Shown here: positions 35,722 to 45,198 of the stretch, piece after piece
How the letters are laid out: every line of letters starts with the position of its first letter
Position numbering within the stretch: the first letter of the stretch is position 1
DNA from: a bacterium
Lineage (GTDB): Bacteria; Myxococcota_A; UBA9160; UBA6930
Direction of reading: 5' to 3'
NCBI GenBank assembly: GCA_024228115.1
Contig: JAAETT010000054.1
Location: 12,793-76,792, forward strand
Length of the DNA stretch: 64,000 nucleotides
Translations under genes and position numbers: made by a program
The notes under the pieces: model-generated
Seen by the model: only the letters and a program-made list of their open reading frames with translations
What the model was told of the DNA's origin: nothing
Database searches by the model: none

Positions 35722-37794
35722 TCAGAGCAGACCCGCGGCCTCGGCCAACTCCACCTGCCCAGTCGCAACGATCCGAACGTCCGGAGGAAGCTCGTTATGG
35801 GAAACCACAGCCACCCGCGGTGCACTCCGGCTCAGAAGCTGCCGTAGGGGGGAGCGCAGCTGCTGCGGAGAAAGCAGAACGGGACCGGTATCGCCGGAAG
35901 CGGGAAGCCCGTGGACTTGTGCCTCGACGCCGCGCACCAACCGATCCAATGTGCTCGGATCGACGGCCAGATATGACCCACCCTGGGAACGCTGGACGCC
36001 GTTCTTCAACGTCTCCTCGAGACCCGGTTCGAGGGTAATCACGTTCAGCGTCCCCTCCGAATCGAGGAAGGGCCTGGTAATCGTCCGACCCAGGCGCTCG
36101 CGCACCAGATCGGTCAGCAGGTCCGGATCTTCGATCTTTCCCGAGTACTCGGCCAATGTCTCCAGGATCGATCCGATGTCGCGAACCGAGACCCCTTCTT
36201 CGAGCAGTTGGCGCAAAGTGCGATGCAGAACGGAGACGCTCACCAACGCGGGCACGATCTCCTCCACCACCTTCGGCGATTGACGCGAGAATGCATCGAG
36301 CAGCTCCATCACATTGGCGCGCGTGAGTAGCTCCGGAGCGAACCGACGGATCGTCTCCGCCAGATGCGTCGCCAGGGCCGAGGCTGAATCGACGACTGCA
36401 TAGCCAGCGGTGGTCGCCCGCTCCTTGTCCCGATCCTGAATCCAGACGGCGGGCAAGCCGAAGGCCGGATCCTTGGTGGCAATACCGGGGATCTCCGGCG
36501 CTCCTTCTCCGGGCTGGATCGCAAGCAATCTTCCCGGCGGGATGCGCGAACGCGCCACCTGGTTTCCACGCACGAGCACGGCGTACTCGCCGGGTTCGAG
36601 CTGGAGGTTGTCTCGAATGTGGATCAGCGGGATGACGAAGCCGAGCTCCGTTGCCAGCTGTTTGCGCATCGCCCGCACCCGTGGCAACAGGTCACCTCCG
36701 CGGTCCGGGTCGACCAACGGAATCAGGCCGTAGCCGATCTCCAGCTCCAGATCATCGAGCGCAAGGGCTCCCCGCACCTCTTCCTCCTCGGAAACTTCAG
36801 GTTCCACTGTCTTGAATTCCTGCTCAACGGGTTCGGCGTTCTTCTGTGTCTCGGTAATCGTCCGGGCGAAGTACGCGGCTCCCGCTGCGAGCCCGGCAAA
36901 CGGCAGAAACGGAAAGCCGGGGATCATCGCCATGACGCCCAGCATCCCGGCCGCCCCGTAGACCGCGCGCGGCTGCGCCATGATCTGGGTTCCGAGTTCG
37001 GCCGAAAGCGTGTCTCCGGCTGCGGCGCGGGTCACGACCATGCCGGCAGCGGTCGATACGACCAGAGCGGGGACCTGACCGACCAATCCGTCACCCACCG
37101 TCAGCAGGGTGTAGGTTTCGATCGCGTCCGTCACGCCCATCCCACCCTGGATGACTCCCACGGCCAACCCGCCCAGGATGTTGACGGCCATGATCACGAG
37201 CCCGGCGATGGCATCACCCTTGACGAATTTGCTGGCACCGTCCATCGCGCCGTAGAAATCGGCTTCGCGTTGGATGTCCTTGCGGCGCTGCTTCGCCTCG
37301 GCCTCGTCGAGAATGCCTTGATTGAGGTCCGCGTCGATCGCCATCTGCTTGCCAGGCATCGCGTCGAGGGTGAAACGCGCCGCAACCTCGGCGATGCGGC
37401 CCGAACCTTTCGAGATGACCACGAAGTTGATCGTCACGAAGATCAGGAAGAGGATGATCCCGACCAGGTAGTTTCCACCAACGGCGATATCCCCGAAGGC
37501 CTGGATGACACGGCCAGCCGCGTCGGGGCCATCCGCGCCCCCGATCAGGATCAGGCGGGTGCTGGCCACGTTCAGGCCGAGACGGGTGAGCGTCACGATC
37601 AGCAGCAAGGATGGGAAGACTGAAAAATCGAGCGGCTTCTCGACGTAGAGCGCCACCAGCAGGATCAGCAACGAAACGGTGATGGAGAGCGCAAAAAAGA
37701 AATCAAGAAGCGTTGGCGGAAGCGGTATGACCAGCAGCGCCAGGATTCCGAAGAACGTCGTCCCCAGGAGTATTTCGCTCCGCTGAGCGTTCAT
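35722..37794 (-). CDS. flhA: Flagellar export gate protein FlhA
   Basis: The start is set at ATG 37794, overlapping the flhB stop (ATGA). ...FPSLLLIVTLTRLGLNVASTRLIL..., ...RIAEVAARFTLDAMPGKQMAIDADL..., and the cytoplasmic domain are typical. Confidence 0.97.
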   Translation of the reverse strand: MNAQRSEILLGTTFFGILALLVIPLPPTLLDFFFALSITVSLLILLVALYVEKPLDFSVFPSLLLIVTLTRLGLNVASTRLILIGGADGPDAAGRVIQAFGDIAVGGNYLVGIILFLIFVTINFVVISKGSGRIAEVAARFTLDAMPGKQMAIDADLNQGILDEAEAKQRRKDIQREADFYGAMDGASKFVKGDAIAGLVIMAVNILGGLAVGVIQGGMGVTDAIETYTLLTVGDGLVGQVPALVVSTAAGMVVTRAAAGDTLSAELGTQIMAQPRAVYGAAGMLGVMAMIPGFPFLPFAGLAAGAAYFARTITETQKNAEPVEQEFKTVEPEVSEEEEVRGALALDDLELEIGYGLIPLVDPDRGGDLLPRVRAMRKQLATELGFVIPLIHIRDNLQLEPGEYAVLVRGNQVARSRIPPGRLLAIQPGEGAPEIPGIATKDPAFGLPAVWIQDRDKERATTAGYAVVDSASALATHLAETIRRFAPELLTRANVMELLDAFSRQSPKVVEEIVPALVSVSVLHRTLRQLLEEGVSVRDIGSILETLAEYSGKIEDPDLLTDLVRERLGRTITRPFLDSEGTLNVITLEPGLEETLKNGVQRSQGGSYLAVDPSTLDRLVRGVEAQVHGLPASGDTGPVLLSPQQLRSPLRQLLSRSAPRVAVVSHNELPPDVRIVATGQVELAEAAGLL

Positions 37795-38879
37795 GAGTTC
37801 GCGCCCCACGACACCGCCCTACGAGGATCCAGCCGGTAGATGTAGGCCAGCACTTCTGCAACGGCCTGGAAGAGGTTGTCCGGCACGGGGCTCCCGACTT
37901 CTGTCGTCTGATGGAGCATCCGAGCCAGGGGCGGGTTCTCGACGATCGGAACGTCAGCGTCCTTGGCCGCTTCCCGGATACGTTTGGCGACGTGCCCGCG
38001 GCCCTTGGCCACGACCTCCGGTGCTCCCATCTTCTCCCGCTCGTAGCGCAGCGCGACGGCGAAATGCGTCGGATTGGTGATCACCACATCCGCGTCTGCC
38101 ACCGCGGTGATCATTCGTGAACGCGAGAGATCGCGCTGCATCTGGCGGAAGCGGCTGCGTACGTGAGGGTTCCCCTCGCGTTGCTTGACTTCTTCGCGAA
38201 CCTCTCGCTTGCTCATACGAAGGCGCTTCTCGTAGCGCCATCGTTGGTAGAAGAGGTCCCCAGCCGCCATCAAGGCCAAGACGGCAAGGACGGCGATCGC
38301 CAACTGCCGGGAGAGAAGTCCGATCGTGCCGAGCCCGGGGCCGATGCCCGTATCCGCGAGGCCGACCACCTGGTCCATCTCTCCGCCGATCACCCACCAG
38401 CCAACGATGCCGACAATGCTCACCTTGATGATTGCCTTCACCAGATCGAACAAGCGATCAGGGCTGAGCATGCGCTTGGCACCCTGAAGTGGACTCATCC
38501 GGTTCGCCTTGAAAGCCAAAGCCTCACTGCTGAGCAGCGGGCCAGTCTGGAAAACCTGTGAGGCTGTGCCGACCGCAGCGAAGAGCAACATGATCGGCAG
38601 TACCGCAAATGCCGGGCGGCTCGCGTGGCTCAGCAACAACATGCGGTAGTCCGCGAGGGTCTCCGGCGGAGCTGCGATCGCTGTCCAGGCGGAACGCGCC
38701 ACCTCGGCCAACGCGGTCAAGACCCCGATGCCCAATGACGAGCCGAAGGCCATGACCGCAGCCGAGAGAATCACGACGTGTTGGATCTCGCGGCTCTGGG
38801 CCACCTCACCCTTGCGCCGGGCTTCTTCGCGGCGCTTTGGAGTCGCCGTCTCGGTCTTTTCGGCTTCTTCTTCAGCCAC
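37791..38879 (-). CDS. flhB: Flagellar export switch protein FlhB
   Basis: ...EKTETATPKRREEARRKGEVAQSREI... and the autocleavage region ...VVITNPTHFAVALRY (NPTH). Confidence 0.95.
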   Translation of the reverse strand: MAEEEAEKTETATPKRREEARRKGEVAQSREIQHVVILSAAVMAFGSSLGIGVLTALAEVARSAWTAIAAPPETLADYRMLLLSHASRPAFAVLPIMLLFAAVGTASQVFQTGPLLSSEALAFKANRMSPLQGAKRMLSPDRLFDLVKAIIKVSIVGIVGWWVIGGEMDQVVGLADTGIGPGLGTIGLLSRQLAIAVLAVLALMAAGDLFYQRWRYEKRLRMSKREVREEVKQREGNPHVRSRFRQMQRDLSRSRMITAVADADVVITNPTHFAVALRYEREKMGAPEVVAKGRGHVAKRIREAAKDADVPIVENPPLARMLHQTTEVGSPVPDNLFQAVAEVLAYIYRLDPRRAVSWGANS

Positions 38880-39650
38880 CTAACGTACTCCCAGTACGGC
38901 CTGGATGGCCTCACCGGTAAAACCCTGGATCGTTCGTGCCATCACGTCCGATAGGGGCCCCGCACCGAGGCCCAGAATCAACAGCGTCGTGCCGACGTGG
39001 GCGGGGAGCTGCAGCGCCATCAGGTTCAGCTGCGGGATGGCCCGACCCAGGATTCCCACGGCGACGTTGGAGATGATCATGGCTGCCGTCACCGGCGCTG
39101 CGAGGTGGACGGCCACACGAAAGATCACACCGCCGAGCTTGACGACGGATTCGAAGGCTTCGAGGTGGAACGTCATCTGCCCGACCGGGAAAACGGAGAA
39201 CGAGAGGGCCAGGCCGCGGAGGACTTCATGATGCCCTTCGATCGCGAGGAAGATCAACACCCCGAAGAGCTGGATCATCGATGTGAGTACGACCGAAGAC
39301 GAACCGCTGGTCGGATCCAGCACGGTCGCCGCGCCGAGCCCTCCCTGGATGGAAGCGAACTCACCCATCAATGCGAGGCCGCTGAATACCAGCCCGGTAG
39401 CGAAACCCAGCATCGCGCCGACCAGGACTTCCCTTGCGACCAGCCCCCAGAGGCTGGCGGCGCCGAGAAGCATCGGGTCCGGCGCGGTTCCGAATCGGGT
39501 GCCCGCGGCCATGGCGATGCCCAGGGCAAGACCCACGCGCACGCGCATGGGAATCGACTGATGGCTGAAGAACGGTGCCGTCAGGGTAAGCGCCAGGATG
39601 CGCACCATGACCAGACCGAACGTCCAGGCCTCATCCAGCGGGAGTGTCAC
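38880..39650 (-). CDS. fliR: Flagellar export apparatus protein FliR
   Basis: Polytopic membrane protein in the fliQ-fliR-flhB order. The N-terminal pattern is typical of FliR. Confidence 0.93.
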   Translation of the reverse strand: MTLPLDEAWTFGLVMVRILALTLTAPFFSHQSIPMRVRVGLALGIAMAAGTRFGTAPDPMLLGAASLWGLVAREVLVGAMLGFATGLVFSGLALMGEFASIQGGLGAATVLDPTSGSSSVVLTSMIQLFGVLIFLAIEGHHEVLRGLALSFSVFPVGQMTFHLEAFESVVKLGGVIFRVAVHLAAPVTAAMIISNVAVGILGRAIPQLNLMALQLPAHVGTTLLILGLGAGPLSDVMARTIQGFTGEAIQAVLGVR

Positions 39651-39916
39651 GGGCCACCGACCGCCACCTGGCCCATCAGCCGGGTTCCGAAATCGACCAG
39701 GCTCGACATCAGCCAGGGAAACGTGAACGCAAAGACGCTGAGTGTCAGCACGATCTTCGGCACGAACGAGAGGGTTTGTTCATTGATCTGGGTTGCGGCC
39801 TGGAAGATCGATACGGCCAACCCCGAGAGCAATGCGGTTGCCAGGATCGGCGCCGAGAGCATCAGAGACATCCGGATGGTCTCCTGGAGGAGTGCGCTTA
39901 CTTGTCCGACGTCCAT
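39647..39916 (-). CDS. fliQ: Flagellar export apparatus protein FliQ
   Basis: 89 aa with two TM segments. ...MSLMLSAPILATALLSGLAVSIFQAATQINEQTLSFVPKI... is the FliQ signature. Confidence 0.95.
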   Translation of the reverse strand: MDVGQVSALLQETIRMSLMLSAPILATALLSGLAVSIFQAATQINEQTLSFVPKIVLTLSVFAFTFPWLMSSLVDFGTRLMGQVAVGGP

Positions 39917-39926
39917 TTCCGCTCCT

Positions 39927-40973
39927 TCACCGAAGCCCGCTGATCAGCGAGCCAAGCACGAGATTCCAGCCATCCAGCAGCACGAAGAGCATCAACTTGA
40001 ATGGAAGTGAAATGACGATTGGCGGGAGGACGATCATTCCCATCGAGATCAGCATCGAGGCGATCACGAGATCGACCACGAGGAATGGCAGATAGATCAT
40101 GAATCCGATCTCGAATGCCGTCCTCAGCTCGCTCAACATGTAGGAGGGAAGCAGGGTGGTGAAGGGCACGTCCGCCAGATCCTCGACTTCGCCGGTTCCC
40201 GAGATCTCGAGGAAGAGAGTGAGATCCTTCTCTTTGGTCGATTGGAGGAGGAATTTTCGAATCGGCCCGATCGCCAGTTCGGCCGCTTCCGAGGCTTCGA
40301 TTTCCTGCGCGACGTAGGGCTCGTAGGCATCGACTCGGATCTGATCTCCGAGAGGTGCCATCACGAACATCGTGGTGAAGAGCGCAAGGCCCACCAACAC
40401 CTGGTTCGGCGGCAGATGCTGCACGCCGATGGCCTGGCGCAAGAAAGCCAGCACGATCACGATCCTCGTGAAGCTGGTGGCCATGAGCAGGATGGAAGGA
40501 GCGACGCCCACCAATGTGAAGAACGCGACCATCTCGAGCGTCGAGTTCAGCTGCTCCGGATCCTGGAGCCCGTCGAGCTTGATCGTGAGACCGCTCTCTG
40601 CGAATGCGGGATCCCCGACCAGCATCGACGCCAGGAAGATCAGGCTCAGCGAGCCAACCCCTTGGAGCAGGCGCCGAAAGGTATGGGGGCCGGCAGGTGC
40701 CTCTTTTTCCTGGACCGGCTCCGTTTCTGCGACAGGGTTCTCCGGAAGGTGGTGCAGCATCGCCAGCCCGCTTTCGCTCGAGCCGACGAGCAGGCGTTCG
40801 CCCTCGACTTCGACGACATGCAAGCGCTTGCGCGAACCCAGGGCGCATGTCTCGACGACCCGTAAGCTCCCGCGCTTTGCGCCGACACCGGCCAATCCTG
40901 TCCACTGAAGTGCCACGCGCAGAAGCGCGAGACATCCCAGCACCACCAGTAGTGCGGATCCTGTTTCGACCAA
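39927..40973 (-). CDS. fliP: FliO-FliP in one reading frame (natural fusion, or a nested fliP)
   Basis: N-terminal FliO-like module: a TM segment (SALLVVLGCLALL), then ...LRVVETCALGSRKRLHVVEVEGERLLVGSSESGLAML. A FliP signal peptide follows (LSLIFLASMLVGDPAFAES), then mature FliP (...LMATSFTRIVIVLAFLRQAIG...). No stop between the modules. The start is proposed at TTG 40973 after GAGGAGG. The tracked ORF start at 41099 would overlap fliN by 95 nt. Confidence 0.85.
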   Translation of the reverse strand: MVETGSALLVVLGCLALLRVALQWTGLAGVGAKRGSLRVVETCALGSRKRLHVVEVEGERLLVGSSESGLAMLHHLPENPVAETEPVQEKEAPAGPHTFRRLLQGVGSLSLIFLASMLVGDPAFAESGLTIKLDGLQDPEQLNSTLEMVAFFTLVGVAPSILLMATSFTRIVIVLAFLRQAIGVQHLPPNQVLVGLALFTTMFVMAPLGDQIRVDAYEPYVAQEIEASEAAELAIGPIRKFLLQSTKEKDLTLFLEISGTGEVEDLADVPFTTLLPSYMLSELRTAFEIGFMIYLPFLVVDLVIASMLISMGMIVLPPIVISLPFKLMLFVLLDGWNLVLGSLISGLR

Positions 40974-41004
40974 CGCTTCCCCTCCTCGCGCCGGCCTACC
41001 TGGC

Positions 41005-41316
41005 TCAAGAGCCGGGCGGCTCGACCAACATCTCCACGATGCGAACGGCGAGACGATCGTCTTCGACCGTGACCTCACCTCGGGCCAACAAGCGCCCATT
41101 CACCAAGACATCCGCCGGTTCGCCGGCGGCGCGATCGAGCTCGATCACGGAGCCCTTGCTGAACTGAAGGACCTCGCGAACGAGCATGGATGCAGAACCC
41201 ACCTCGACGGTGACCCGCAAGGGCACATCGATCACGAGATCCAGAGAGCCGCTTGCAGTGGCAGCCGTCGTAGCCTCCACCATGCCCTCGTCCGGTTTCT
41301 CCTGCTCCATTCCCAT
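41005..41316 (-). CDS. fliN: Flagellar motor switch protein FliN
   Basis: ...LVIDVPLRVTVEVGSASMLVREVLQFSKGSVIELDRAAGEPADVLVNGRLLARGEVTVEDDRLAVRIVE is the SpoA/FliN domain. Confidence 0.93.
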   Translation of the reverse strand: MGMEQEKPDEGMVEATTAATASGSLDLVIDVPLRVTVEVGSASMLVREVLQFSKGSVIELDRAAGEPADVLVNGRLLARGEVTVEDDRLAVRIVEMLVEPPGS

Positions 41317-41322
41317 CCTCTC

Positions 41323-42243
41323 CTAGAGGCTCTTGACCAGTTGAACGGCAAGCTGCGCACCAACCGCGCCACGCACCGCTACGTATTTCGGCTCTTCTTC
41401 CACTCTTACGAGGAGGCCTTGGCTATCGCTGCGCTCGAGCGGGATCACGTCTCCTACCTGCAGCGCGGCTACCTGTTGGAGCGGCACGTCTGCATGGCCG
41501 GCTTCGACACGAACGGAGACGGGCATCTCCAATACTTCGTTTCGCATTCCCTCCGCGATCCCGATACGTTCGACCTGATCGACCGGCTCTTCGGCCTCTT
41601 CTCCATCCGCCGCATACAGAGCATGGTCGACCAACACCCTCAGTCGGCAGAGATCGCCGAGGCCGTCGACCTCGAAGCTGGCAAGCGCCCACTTCGATGA
41701 GCCCTGCGGAAGGAATTCGGGATCCAGGAGATCCACGATCTTGATCTCGACCGGGCTGCGAAAACTCCACGCGGCCTCGAGGTGGCGAACAACCTCCACC
41801 GCAGCGCGCCGCATGAAACGTTCTTCGATCCGGGTGAAGTGACGGTCGGGAACGGGGATGACCGGCGTGCTCTCCTTCGCACCGAAGGCGAGTGCCAGCC
41901 AGGCGAACAGAAAGGAACGCCCGATCAGCATGTAGATACAATGTCCACCGGGTTCGAGCCGAAGCTGGATGACACGATCGACCGGGAGCAGCGTCGCTGC
42001 GAACTCGCGCATCGACACTTCCGCTACGTCCAGGATGCCCAGCACGATGCTGCGCTGGTGCAGAGTCGAAAGTGCCCTGGATTGACTGTCTGCGAATTCA
42101 CCGAGAAGGCGGGTGAGGGGCACAAGGCGCCCGCTCGAGCTTTCCGGGAAGGCATTCGCCGTTCCCGCGCCCGCGCGCAGCTCATCCAGGAGAGCGGCGA
42201 GCTCTTCCCGGCTGAGCAGCTCTTTGGTCTCGGTTTCACTCAT
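41323..42243 (-). CDS. fliM: Flagellar motor switch protein FliM
   Basis: N-terminus LSREELAALLD (CheY-binding-like). The middle domain and a C-terminal SpoA-like domain are present (...VGDVIPLERSDSQGLLVRVEEEPKYVAVRG). Confidence 0.93.
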   Translation of the reverse strand: MSETETKELLSREELAALLDELRAGAGTANAFPESSSGRLVPLTRLLGEFADSQSRALSTLHQRSIVLGILDVAEVSMREFAATLLPVDRVIQLRLEPGGHCIYMLIGRSFLFAWLALAFGAKESTPVIPVPDRHFTRIEERFMRRAAVEVVRHLEAAWSFRSPVEIKIVDLLDPEFLPQGSSKWALASFEVDGLGDLCRLRVLVDHALYAADGEEAEEPVDQVERIGIAEGMRNEVLEMPVSVRVEAGHADVPLQQVAALQVGDVIPLERSDSQGLLVRVEEEPKYVAVRGAVGAQLAVQLVKSL

Positions 42244-42246
42244 CGT

Positions 42247-42765
42247 CTATTGCACCACGAACTCGGTGAAGAGCACGGATTCGACCCGCCCATTCTTGAG
42301 CAGGGAATTCACCCGATCCCGTAGATCGTCTTTCAGCAACGCCTTGCCCTCGAAATCGCTGATGTCGGAGAGGCGTTTGCTGGAAAGCAACAAGATGGTC
42401 GTGTCTCGCACCTGGGCTACCCGGCTTTCGATCTCCAGCTTTCCCTCAGAGGTGTTCATCTCGAAGGCAACCTGCATCTTCAGATATCGCGGATAGCCCT
42501 CGCCGGTGACATTCACGACGAAGGGATCCAGGGAGAAGACACGCTCCTTGAACTCGATGTCGGGCTCGATGGGTTCGGGTTCTCCGTCTTCTGATGCGAC
42601 TTCGGTCCCGCTCGCGGCCGGCTCGTTGCCACCCAACATGAAGAACGTCCCGCCCGCACCGATCCCCAATGCAACCAATGCTGCGATGATGATCAGCAAC
42701 CAGGGCTTGCCGGCTTTTTCGCCGTCGCCCTCTACGGTCGTCTCGTCGGTTTCTTCGTCTGCCAT
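42247..42765 (-). CDS. fliL: Flagellar basal body-associated protein FliL
   Basis: A single N-terminal TM segment, then ...FSLDPFVVNVTGEGYPRYLKMQVAFEM...RVAQVRDTTILLLSSK... is the FliL pattern. Confidence 0.85.
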   Translation of the reverse strand: MADEETDETTVEGDGEKAGKPWLLIIIAALVALGIGAGGTFFMLGGNEPAASGTEVASEDGEPEPIEPDIEFKERVFSLDPFVVNVTGEGYPRYLKMQVAFEMNTSEGKLEIESRVAQVRDTTILLLSSKRLSDISDFEGKALLKDDLRDRVNSLLKNGRVESVLFTEFVVQ

Positions 42766-42790
42766 GCTTTCTCCCTACCGTCCGATCACT

Positions 42791-44221
42791 TCAACCGTTC
42801 AACGGCAAGCGGCTGGCGCGCACGTGGGCGTCGCTCTCGATTCCGAATTCTTTCAGGCGTCGCCACAGAGTCGTCGTTGAGATCTGCAGCAGCTCAGCGG
42901 CTCGCTTCCGATTCCATCCGACCTTGTCGAGTGTCTCCAGGATGTGGCGGCGCTCGATACCTGGAAGGCTCTGGATTCCCGTATCCAGGACGAGCCGCTT
43001 CGGCTCGCGAACATGAAGCGGAAGGTCATCCACCTCGATCCGACCCGTGCGACACAATGCAACGGCGCGCTCGATCGCGTTCTCGAGCTCTCGCACGTTG
43101 CCCGGCCATCGATATCCCGCGAGCCGATCCATCGCGGCGTCGTCGATATCCTCGACCGGGAAGCTGGTCTTGTCCGCCATCTGGCCGAGGAAGTGTCGTG
43201 CCAGAAGCGGAATATCTTCCAATCGCTCGCGAAGCGGCGGAACATGCACCGGAATCACGGCAAGGCGGTAGTAGAGGTCTTCTCGGAAGCGACCTTCGGC
43301 TACCTCGGTTTCGAGATCCTTGTTGGTGGCCGTGACGAGCCGGACATCGACATAACGCGTGACCTCCTCGCCCACGGGCCGGATTTCACCGGTCTGCAGG
43401 AAGCGCAGTAGTTTCGCCTGCATGGAGAGCGGCATCTCTGCTACTTCGTCCAGGAAGACGGTGCCTCGATCGGCGTGCTCGAAAAGGCCCTTGCTGTTCG
43501 AAGAAGCTCCGGTGAACGCTCCGCGGCGGTGTCCGAAGAGCTCACTCTCCAGAAGCGTTTCGGGAAATGCTGCGGAGTTCACGGCCGAAAAGACCCTCTC
43601 GCCACGGCGACTCGCGTCGTGAATCGCTCGCCCGATCAGTTCCTTTCCGGTTCCGGTTTCGCCGGTGATCAAAGCCGTGCTGTCGGTCTCGGCGACCTTG
43701 CGGACCAGTTCGAGAAGCTCTCGCATGGCCAGGGATTCGCCGATGATTCCGGGGAAGCGATGTTTCCAACCGGTCGAGGTTGGCAACGTTCGGGTCGGCT
43801 CCGGCTCCTCGATGATCTTGGGCAGCCGGGCGACGACCTCTTCCAGCGCTTCCGCGTCCCAGGGCTTGCCCAGGAAATAGGAAACGCCGGCCTGATTGAT
43901 GGCAAGCTGGGCAATATGCGGATCATCCGAGCCAGTGATCAGCACGCGACTGATCTCCGGCCAGGTATCCCGCACGGTCGTGAGCAACTCCACGCCGGAG
44001 CCGGTCGTGAGCCGCTGGTCGGCGATCACGCCCTGAATGCGCTCGGCGTGAAGCAAGGCCATGGCCTGGGCCATGTCGCCGGCTTCGATCGGTCGAACGT
44101 CGAGTCGTTTCAATGCCCGCGCGAGGGCGCGGCGCACCAAAGGCTCGTCGTCGACGACCAATACAGTCGGCAGCGATGCGTTCACTTGCCGCCTGTCCTT
44201 TTCTTCCCACCGTCCGTTCAT
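42791..44221 (-). CDS. Sigma-54-dependent response regulator (NtrC/FleQ-FleR class) with a canonical receiver
   Basis: The start is trimmed to ATG 44221. The receiver has VLVVDDE, VIADQRL, LITG and LGKPW. AAA+ ITGETGTGKELIGRAIH, ESELFGHRRGAFTGA. HTH RKRAAELLQISTTTLWRRLKE. Confidence 0.92.
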   Translation of the reverse strand: MNGRWEEKDRRQVNASLPTVLVVDDEPLVRRALARALKRLDVRPIEAGDMAQAMALLHAERIQGVIADQRLTTGSGVELLTTVRDTWPEISRVLITGSDDPHIAQLAINQAGVSYFLGKPWDAEALEEVVARLPKIIEEPEPTRTLPTSTGWKHRFPGIIGESLAMRELLELVRKVAETDSTALITGETGTGKELIGRAIHDASRRGERVFSAVNSAAFPETLLESELFGHRRGAFTGASSNSKGLFEHADRGTVFLDEVAEMPLSMQAKLLRFLQTGEIRPVGEEVTRYVDVRLVTATNKDLETEVAEGRFREDLYYRLAVIPVHVPPLRERLEDIPLLARHFLGQMADKTSFPVEDIDDAAMDRLAGYRWPGNVRELENAIERAVALCRTGRIEVDDLPLHVREPKRLVLDTGIQSLPGIERRHILETLDKVGWNRKRAAELLQISTTTLWRRLKEFGIESDAHVRASRLPLNG

Positions 44222-44404
44222 TTTGGAGCCACCCCGCTCGCGTTTCCGCGAATAACTGCCGGCGGCAGAGACAGTGCCGGCTGCGATCATGGGCTCATGG
44301 ATCGGCGGGGGAACGGGCCACCTTGACGATATTCTTGGACTTTTCCGTCCTGACTGGATCTCGGGAGAGGCCTTTTGTTGGCCTTTCGCCCCTTTTCAGC
44401 CAAT

Positions 44405-44429
44405 CGTTTCAGGTGTTTCAAGGAGAAAG
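44405..44429. promoter_or_regulatory. Motif-like site C (CGTTTCA-GGT-GTTTCA-AGG-AGAAAG) upstream of the canonical activator gene
   Basis: Two direct GTTTCA half-sites. They abut a weak sigma-54-like element (minus strand TGGCTGAAAAGGGGCG, 44387-44402) and overlap a weak sigma-70-like TTGAAA-N17-TGAAAA. Confidence 0.25.
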
Positions 44430-44451
44430 GTCGGGCGGAAAGAATTTCCCC

Positions 44452-45198
44452 CTAACCGCCCGTCGGCTCCTGATTGTGGAGGAAGGTGAACTCCACGCGG
44501 CGGTTCCTTGCTCGGCCTTCGGCATCTTCGTTCGAGGCGATGGGCCTGGTATCGGCGAAGCCGGTGACCTGCAGACGAGCCGGATCCACCCGAGCCACGT
44601 CCACGAGAAATTCGAGTGTCGCTACCGCGCGAGACGTCGAGATCTGCCAGTTGTTGGTGGTCGAGGAAGAGGGCGAGGAATCCGTGTGGCCCTCGATCGC
44701 GACGGTATCGGGCGTGCCGTTGATGAGGCTGGCCACTTCCTGGAGAAAGACCAGGGATTCGACCCGGAGCTCGGTGGAGCCGGAAGTGAACATCAACTCT
44801 CCGGGAACACGGATCACGACGCCCCTGGCCGTCTCGTCCACTTCGATCAGACGATCCATGCGTTTCGCCGCGATGCTGGCCTTGATGCGCTGGGCAAGCC
44901 TCTTGGTCGCGATTTGCTGGCGTGTCTTGGCGTCGATGACGCTGAGATGCGAGGACATCGGGCGATCGTTGAGGCTGATCATGTCGTCCGCCATGGCCTC
45001 GAACTTCCCTGGGACCACCAACTGGACTCCGAAAGCATCTCGCACGGAGCCGCTGACCTCAGCGAAGCGTTGAGCGTCCATGCTGGCGAACGAGAGCAAC
45101 AGGATGAAGAAGGTGAGCAGGAGGCTCATCAAGTCGCCGAAGGTCGCCATCCAAGCTGGGGCCGTCGGCTCCTCATAGGCGTCTTCGTCGTCGCTCAT
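44452..45198 (-). CDS. motB: Flagellar stator protein MotB (OmpA-like peptidoglycan-binding domain)
   Basis: N-terminus ...PAWMATFGDLMSLLLTFFILL (plug/TM with the conserved Asp) and C-terminus ...IEGHTDS...NWQISTSRAVATLEFL...GFADTRP...NRRVEF. Confidence 0.9.
   Translation of the reverse strand: MSDDEDAYEEPTAPAWMATFGDLMSLLLTFFILLLSFASMDAQRFAEVSGSVRDAFGVQLVVPGKFEAMADDMISLNDRPMSSHLSVIDAKTRQQIATKRLAQRIKASIAAKRMDRLIEVDETARGVVIRVPGELMFTSGSTELRVESLVFLQEVASLINGTPDTVAIEGHTDSSPSSSTTNNWQISTSRAVATLEFLVDVARVDPARLQVTGFADTRPIASNEDAEGRARNRRVEFTFLHNQEPTGG

Noticed and set aside
44368-44384. Short hairpin AGGCC-N7-GGCCT after motB
   Set aside because: It has only a 5-bp stem, and its T-rich flank is on the wrong strand for terminating the minus-strand motB transcript. 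Not convincing as a terminator.
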